From IMG/VR virus record IMGVR_UViG_2639762716_000004, positions 100,522-164,521 of that record: 64,000 bases of DNA; one strand, given 5' to 3'. Of the stretch, positions 58,862-64,000 are shown piece by piece. The stretch is from a virus (lineage: Duplodnaviria; Caudoviricetes). The notes under the pieces were generated by a model. It was given only the letters and a program-made list of their open reading frames with translations, had not been told where the DNA came from and did no database searches. Each line of letters starts with the position of its first letter. Positions within the stretch are counted from its first letter, which is position 1. A program made the position numbers and the translations under genes.

Positions 58862-59227
58862 ATGTCAGTTTGCGATTATAAGAAATTGCCTCGAAAAATT
58901 GAACCCTTAGTTACCCCCTTCACCTTTCACGATTCCGTCACTGAAGCCGGGGAAGGAGAAAAATTCATTGTTGGGTCACATCGAACACTAACAGTAGAGA
59001 TTACAGGTGACTGCACTTCAAGAGAAGTTAAGTTTTATGCTGTCACTCAAGATGCGAAAAAGATCACTCTTGAAGGAATAAACTCTTCTAATCACATGTT
59101 TGGAGCAAGTACACTCGGCATTGATGAGATTTGGGAATTCGATATTGCTGGGAAAACCGCAATTCTATTTGAAGTAACAAAGATTAATGGTGGTTCAATT
59201 ACCATCAAAGGAAATGCGGTGACATAA
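58862..59227 (+). CDS. yomS: YomS-like virion protein
   Basis: 121 aa, synteny. Confidence 0.6.
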   Translation: MSVCDYKKLPRKIEPLVTPFTFHDSVTEAGEGEKFIVGSHRTLTVEITGDCTSREVKFYAVTQDAKKITLEGINSSNHMFGASTLGIDEIWEFDIAGKTAILFEVTKINGGSITIKGNAVT

Positions 59228-59229
59228 CG

Positions 59230-60885
59230 ATGGATAATCTCTCAAGAGCACAGAACAAAGAAAATGAAATTAAGATTGAAAACCTAAAAGGGACATTTTC
59301 TGGTTTTGAAAAACACAGTCTTGATACAGAAAAAGAATTAAAGTCAACAATCGATCAGCTTACAGACTTGATGAATTATCACATAAATAATAAATCAAAC
59401 CCTCATAATGTTACATCAGAGCAAGTCACGATCATCAGTGACCCATCACCATTTCAAGATGCTTCTTACTCTGGAGATAACTATCCAATGGGAATTTCAA
59501 CATTTCATCTCTCATCTGGTTCAACTGGATATCCAAGTTCCTATGGTGAGTGTTTAAATGTAAAGACAACTAAATATCGATTTGCTCAGCTTTTCTTTCA
59601 TGCTGGTAATCGTGATGATCCAAGAATTTATCTTCGGCATTGGTATCCATCTACGGGATGGACAGAATTCATTACTGTCCCCTCTTCTTCTGATCTAGAT
59701 TCTGCTTTAGCTGCTGCAAAAGCTTATACAGATGATCATGCGAATAACAAAGAAAATCCACATTCAGTTACAAAAGCTCAGGTCGGCCTCGGAAACGTTG
59801 ATAACATACAGCAGGCAGCAAAGTCCGACTTTGATAAACACGATTCAGATAACACACGTCATATCACTTCTGATGAACGAAAAAAATGGAGCGCTGCTCA
59901 ACTCTTTAAAATAACAGCCGATTCGGGCACGCAAAAAATAAACCTTACATCTGGAACGTTTTATGATGCTTTGAAAGACGTCGGAACTGTCTCTTTTTTT
60001 GGTACGAACGCTGTTACAGATTCCCCCTCCAAGAGTAGTCTTAGAGGAATGCAGTTAGTAGGACAAGCTGGAATAGGCATGGGATATGCGGCAGATGCAA
60101 GTGGCAGTGCCTGGTGGTTTTACTATAACGGAAATCAGACGGCAATTAACTGGATTCCTATAGAATCAACCACAGGAGCACAGGCAAGAGTTGATGTCCA
60201 TGCGAAAAATACGACCATCCACGTTACACAATCGGAAAAAGACAAATGGAACGCTGGACAGCTATCTAAAATAACCAATGACGCCGGGGGTGTTTTTGTT
60301 TCGATTGGTGACACTGACGATTTTTACACCAAAATTGTTCAAAGTGGTAAACGGTTTGGAACATTTTACTCAACTGGCAAGCCAACAAATGCCCCCACTT
60401 CCCTATCAACGCGGGGATTTTTTCATTTTACCGTAGAAGATAGTGAGGGAAAAGGCACTTATGGTTACGTTGTGGCAATTGATTATAGGAATAATATGTA
60501 TACAAATTATTTAGACCCTACCTTAGGCTGGCAGGGATGGAGTCGTGTTCTTTCTGATACTGATTTATCCCCCTCTTGGAACAACGTAACACTAATTAAT
60601 GGGGTAAAACAGGACGCGAACTATCCATTGAAATTCTCTATCAGCAATAATATTCTGTGGCTCCGCGGAACTTTCGGCACATTGCCAGCTATAGGTACTT
60701 CTGTCGCTAAATTTACGAATAAACCGACACAACTAATCGATTTCGTTGTACCGACAATTGGATCTTATGGAACGGCTCGATTCGCTTTTACTACTGATGG
60801 AGATTTGAGATTTGATGGTATGATGGCAAATGATAACGCTAGTGTGACTCGTGTTTCATTTAATGTTGGAATTCCGCTATGGTAA
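59230..60885 (+). CDS. yomR: Tail fibre/receptor-binding protein with pyocin-knob-like domains
   Basis: NPHxVT repeats, VTKAQVGLGNVDN, HIT/HVT..KxKW repeats. Confidence 0.75.
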   Translation: MDNLSRAQNKENEIKIENLKGTFSGFEKHSLDTEKELKSTIDQLTDLMNYHINNKSNPHNVTSEQVTIISDPSPFQDASYSGDNYPMGISTFHLSSGSTGYPSSYGECLNVKTTKYRFAQLFFHAGNRDDPRIYLRHWYPSTGWTEFITVPSSSDLDSALAAAKAYTDDHANNKENPHSVTKAQVGLGNVDNIQQAAKSDFDKHDSDNTRHITSDERKKWSAAQLFKITADSGTQKINLTSGTFYDALKDVGTVSFFGTNAVTDSPSKSSLRGMQLVGQAGIGMGYAADASGSAWWFYYNGNQTAINWIPIESTTGAQARVDVHAKNTTIHVTQSEKDKWNAGQLSKITNDAGGVFVSIGDTDDFYTKIVQSGKRFGTFYSTGKPTNAPTSLSTRGFFHFTVEDSEGKGTYGYVVAIDYRNNMYTNYLDPTLGWQGWSRVLSDTDLSPSWNNVTLINGVKQDANYPLKFSISNNILWLRGTFGTLPAIGTSVAKFTNKPTQLIDFVVPTIGSYGTARFAFTTDGDLRFDGMMANDNASVTRVSFNVGIPLW

Positions 60886-60897
60886 GGAGGGATTAAA

Positions 60898-61215
60898 ATG
60901 CATGTTCTTTTTTATGATGAGAATTTCAAATATGCTGGTGAAGGTGACATCGATGTTAACCTTGAAGCTGGCGAAAAACTTCCGCCTAATTGTACATCAA
61001 CTTTATCTTCCGGTAATTTAATCGATCCTAAATACGATCCGGAAAAAGATAAGTGGATCGAAGCAGCTACACCAGAATATATCGAACAAATAAAACCGTC
61101 TAAACCTGCACCAAGTGAATTGGAATTATTGAAAAAACAAAACGCACTACTCTCCTATCAGCTAGCTCAAGTTCAAGCAGAAATTGAAAAATTGAAAGGT
61201 AGCGTCGCATCATGA
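60898..61215 (+). CDS. yomQ: XkdW-like tail-fibre chaperone
   Basis: PKYDPEKDKWIE...SELELLKKQNA. Confidence 0.65.
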   Translation: MHVLFYDENFKYAGEGDIDVNLEAGEKLPPNCTSTLSSGNLIDPKYDPEKDKWIEAATPEYIEQIKPSKPAPSELELLKKQNALLSYQLAQVQAEIEKLKGSVAS

Positions 61216-61403
61216 AGTATCCTGATTATGCTACGATTAAACAATTTTATGATTGGGGCTGCTATGAAGACGATTCTATTATGAGAGATTACGTTGAGTG
61301 GGGTCATATTACTCCTGCTGAGTATGAAGAAATTACAGGCAGAAGTTATGATAAACCGTTCATTAATGTCAGTGTGGATTTAGGAATGTGTGTGACACCT
61401 TAA
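61212..61403 (+). CDS. yomP: XkdX-family protein
   Basis: IKQFYDWGCY...YVEWGHITPAEYEEITG. Confidence 0.85.
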   Translation: MKYPDYATIKQFYDWGCYEDDSIMRDYVEWGHITPAEYEEITGRSYDKPFINVSVDLGMCVTP

Positions 61404-61438
61404 GAGGTGTTTTTATTTTGGATTTAAAAGGAGGAAGC

Positions 61439-61924
61439 ATGATGACAACGCAAAAATTAACGCTCAGTCATATTAAAGAGGATAATAAAAAATACAATGA
61501 GAAGCAAAGAATTGAATTGAATGATCAATTTCACACTTATATTTATCCGAATTTCGATCCAACAAGAGTAAACAAAATGATCAAAACTCTTATTAAAGAC
61601 TATGTTGAGATTCAGTCGGAAAAAGGAGTCAAGACTGACTTAGGCGCTGGAGATTTAGCTTATCTCTATACGGTTATTGAATTTAGTGATATTTGTGATA
61701 TGCCTAAAACCTTGACATCTAAAGTTAAAATGCTTGAAGAAGTTGCTAAATCAGAGCATATCAGAACTATTCATGATTCATTCCCTGAAGAAAGTTTAAA
61801 AAAAGTTGAAGATGCTGCTAATGGTTTTGTTGATTTTATATCAAGAGCAGCAGATAAAAATGCAGACAAAATAAATGAAGATATCTTAAAAAAAGTTGAA
61901 GAGCTTACTCAAGAGGACAGATAA
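61439..61924 (+). CDS. yomO: Putative tail assembly chaperone
   Basis: RBS AAGGAGG before ATG 61439; synteny. Confidence 0.65.
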   Translation: MMTTQKLTLSHIKEDNKKYNEKQRIELNDQFHTYIYPNFDPTRVNKMIKTLIKDYVEIQSEKGVKTDLGAGDLAYLYTVIEFSDICDMPKTLTSKVKMLEEVAKSEHIRTIHDSFPEESLKKVEDAANGFVDFISRAADKNADKINEDILKKVEELTQEDR

Positions 61925-62343
61925 TGGCGGCTTACAAAGATCTCGCCATTTTAGTTCAGAAAGAAGCTTTAAAGGCCATCCAACAGTCAAATAGCAGCAC
62001 AAAGCAAACGTTAATTAAAACTGGAGAAGATCATGTTGAAACAGATGTTTATGACGCATATGATCCCCTAGTTTATGAACGGACGCATGAGTTAAAGAGC
62101 TCTTTTGTAACTGAGAATGAAGTAAACGGAATCTCATTGGATAACATTTGTGAAGATGATGGCCGTGATGTTGCAACGATTGTTGAAACTGGGCAAGGTT
62201 ATCAGTTCCCTGATGAACATGGTTATGGATATGGAAAACCAAGACCTTTCATGGCTAATACTGCTGAATCTTTAAAGGATGGCCGCTTAGTTGAAGCTGT
62301 GTCCAGAGATGTGAACAGGCTCGGACATAAGACAATAAAATAG
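61924..62343 (+). CDS. yomN: HK97-gp10-like tail completion protein
   Basis: YERTHELKSS...VETGQGY...PRPFM. Confidence 0.65.
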   Translation: MAAYKDLAILVQKEALKAIQQSNSSTKQTLIKTGEDHVETDVYDAYDPLVYERTHELKSSFVTENEVNGISLDNICEDDGRDVATIVETGQGYQFPDEHGYGYGKPRPFMANTAESLKDGRLVEAVSRDVNRLGHKTIK

Positions 62344-62357
62344 TCGGTGGTGGATTA

Positions 62358-63359
62358 ATGGCGAAAGAAATCAAAAAAAATATGATACGCCCCCGTGCAA
62401 AGAAACTGCCTGAAGTTACTGATGAAATGTGGTCTCAGGTTGATGAAGAGCACAGAAATTTAACACAAGAATTTTTAGACGCTCACTCATTCCGTGATAA
62501 AACAAGAAAACAGTACACCTCCTCCCTTCGGCAATTCTTCTGGTGGGTGCATAATTCTCTCAATGGGAAGAAATTATACAAAATCACTAAACGTGACTTC
62601 ATTAGGTATCAAAGTTTCCTAAAAAATAGGGGCATGTCTTCTAGTGGTATTGCGCTTAAAAAAGCTGGTGTTTCTTCTTTAAACAACTATATTGAAAACG
62701 TCGTGGCTGAAGATGATGACAATTATAAAACATTCAGGAACTTTACTCGTGGCCTCCCTGCTATTCCTAAGACAGTCACTTACGATAAAGTAAAGATTAC
62801 ATATGAAGACTATCAAACAATGATGCAAACACTTGAAGAAGATGAGAACTATTTAGGAATGGCCTGGCTTGCAACGGCTTTTAATGTAGGAGCAAGAAGA
62901 GCAGAAATCATTCAATTTAAAACAGAAATTTTAGACTACCCTATCCCTGAAGGGCAATCATATGTAATGTCCCATCAAGTCTTCGGAAAAGGTGGCGGTG
63001 AAGGAAAAGCTCTAAAATATATGATCAATACAGAAGCTCTACAATATTTGAAGTTATGGCATGAAAAACGTGGATATGACCACGAATACCTCTTTACCAC
63101 TACATATGGTGGACAACCAAAACAAATGTCAGAAACATGGGCTGATTATTTTTGCTCCGATGTTTTATCAGACATTCTTGGCCGTAGAATCAACCCTCAC
63201 CTTTTTAAAGCTTCCTGTATCACCTACTTACTCGAAGTCAAGAAAATCAAACTTGAACTTGTCAGTAAACACATTGCTCAACACGAAGATGTCTCAACCA
63301 CAGTCAAACATTATGATCTTCGTGATTTTAAAGAAGAAAAGAACCAGATTTTCATGTAA
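62358..63359 (+). CDS. yomM: Tyrosine recombinase inside the late operon
   Basis: GARRAE (R), GKG (K), PHLFK (HxxK), QH...HY. Confidence 0.88.
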   Translation: MAKEIKKNMIRPRAKKLPEVTDEMWSQVDEEHRNLTQEFLDAHSFRDKTRKQYTSSLRQFFWWVHNSLNGKKLYKITKRDFIRYQSFLKNRGMSSSGIALKKAGVSSLNNYIENVVAEDDDNYKTFRNFTRGLPAIPKTVTYDKVKITYEDYQTMMQTLEEDENYLGMAWLATAFNVGARRAEIIQFKTEILDYPIPEGQSYVMSHQVFGKGGGEGKALKYMINTEALQYLKLWHEKRGYDHEYLFTTTYGGQPKQMSETWADYFCSDVLSDILGRRINPHLFKASCITYLLEVKKIKLELVSKHIAQHEDVSTTVKHYDLRDFKEEKNQIFM

Positions 63360-63497
63360 AATCCCTCTTTTATTCAAAATCAAATTCCCTCTCTTGAGGG
63401 GTTTTGCTTTTGAGTGAAATGAAATTTTTGCAAAAAAGAAGGTATTTCCTCCTATTCTGTCGAATTGTAGTTATGTATTCAATTAAGGATGGGAGTA

Positions 63498-64000
63498 TGA
63501 AAATGAATTCAATTGGTATTAGAGTAACACCTAGGGAAATATACTATACGATTATTGATACTCATAACGATTCAAGTCTAACACAAAAACTTTCTATCTC
63601 TGCTGCTCTAGAAAATGATGTGCCGCGGCAGCTTTCACTAATTAGAACCACACTTTCATCAATAATTTATGACTATGATGTTTCTTACGCTGGAATTAAA
63701 ACCGCAGAAGGAAATGCCAAAAGTTATAATACTTTCAGAATTCATATCGAAGGAGTCGTCCAAGAACTCTTTGCTGACAGTACGGTTATTAGCTATTTTG
63801 CTGGCACTATTAATAGTCTAGCCTCAAGACTACGGATTCCCTCTAAAGTGGTATCAGGTTTTCTCAAAGGAGATAATAGTATAAAAATAAATCAGTGGAA
63901 ATCAGAATGGGATAAAATAAGCAATAAAGAACATAAAGAAAGTTTACTTGCTGCTTTAGCTGCTTTCCCTTGGCTTGAGGAAGGGGAAAAACATGCATAA
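63498..64000 (+). CDS. Accessory protein, possible RNase H/RuvC-like fold
   Basis: SIGIRVTPREIYYTII beta pattern, EGVVQE helix; RBS GGGAG; next gene's ATG overlaps its end. Confidence 0.55.

Larger units (their letters stand above)
1616..63373. repeat. Dispersed palindromic site WTAAAA-N6-TTTTAT (~20 copies)
   Basis: Starts: 1616, 4790, 5810, 8462, 8921, 11199, 11522, 12207, 13920, 21420, 23142, 24181, 26385, 27397, 27735, 58819; variants at 24966, 25465, 46886, 46904, 63356, 7612, 10442, 13938. Confidence 0.8.
1..64000. mobile_element. SPbeta-like temperate phage/prophage (internal segment)
   Basis: Gene order yor-like/ligB/yopR-Q-P/aimP-aimR/yonV/yonT/yonO/HU/yonK-yonA/yomZ-yomM matches SPbeta; Bacillus-type RBS (GGAGG) and sigmaA promoters; AT-rich. 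Confidence 0.97.

Noticed and set aside
1-64000. CRISPR array, rRNA, IS elements, attL/attR
   Set aside because: No regularly spaced identical repeats, transposase ORFs or host-phage junctions seen

Overview
The whole window is the central part of an SPbeta-like temperate phage or prophage of the Bacillus subtilis group; no host DNA or att sites are visible. The left half (1-34.2 kb, mostly minus strand) is the early/accessory region: an SSB-like gene, LigB, many small variable ORFs, the arbitrium locus (aimR, aimP with predicted peptide GFTVGA, and yopP/yopQ/yopR-like genes), a TIR-domain cargo gene, an XRE regulator and a yonT/SR6-type toxin-antitoxin. The middle (34.4-38 kb) carries secreted cargo, including an S8 peptidase / DUF4258 toxin / DUF2283 immunity trio. 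The right half (38.5-64 kb, plus strand) holds YonO-type RNA polymerase, HU, a dense cluster of structured non-coding elements, the head/tail operon (yonK-yomN) and the YomM-like tyrosine recombinase. Four observations stand out. (1) About 20 copies of a dif/att-like palindrome WTAAAA-N6-TTTTAT sit at accessory-gene boundaries and on the stop codon of the YomM-like recombinase, suggesting an integron-like gene-cassette system. (2) A promoter-driven, ~213-nt rod-shaped RNA resembles 6S RNA. (3) A tRNA-like RNA has a predicted pseudoknot in place of the anticodon arm. (4) A DIP1984-family gene is followed by a closed-stem RNA with 7-nt-periodic ACG repeats. Gene names come from recalled SPbeta synteny and motifs, not from database searches.
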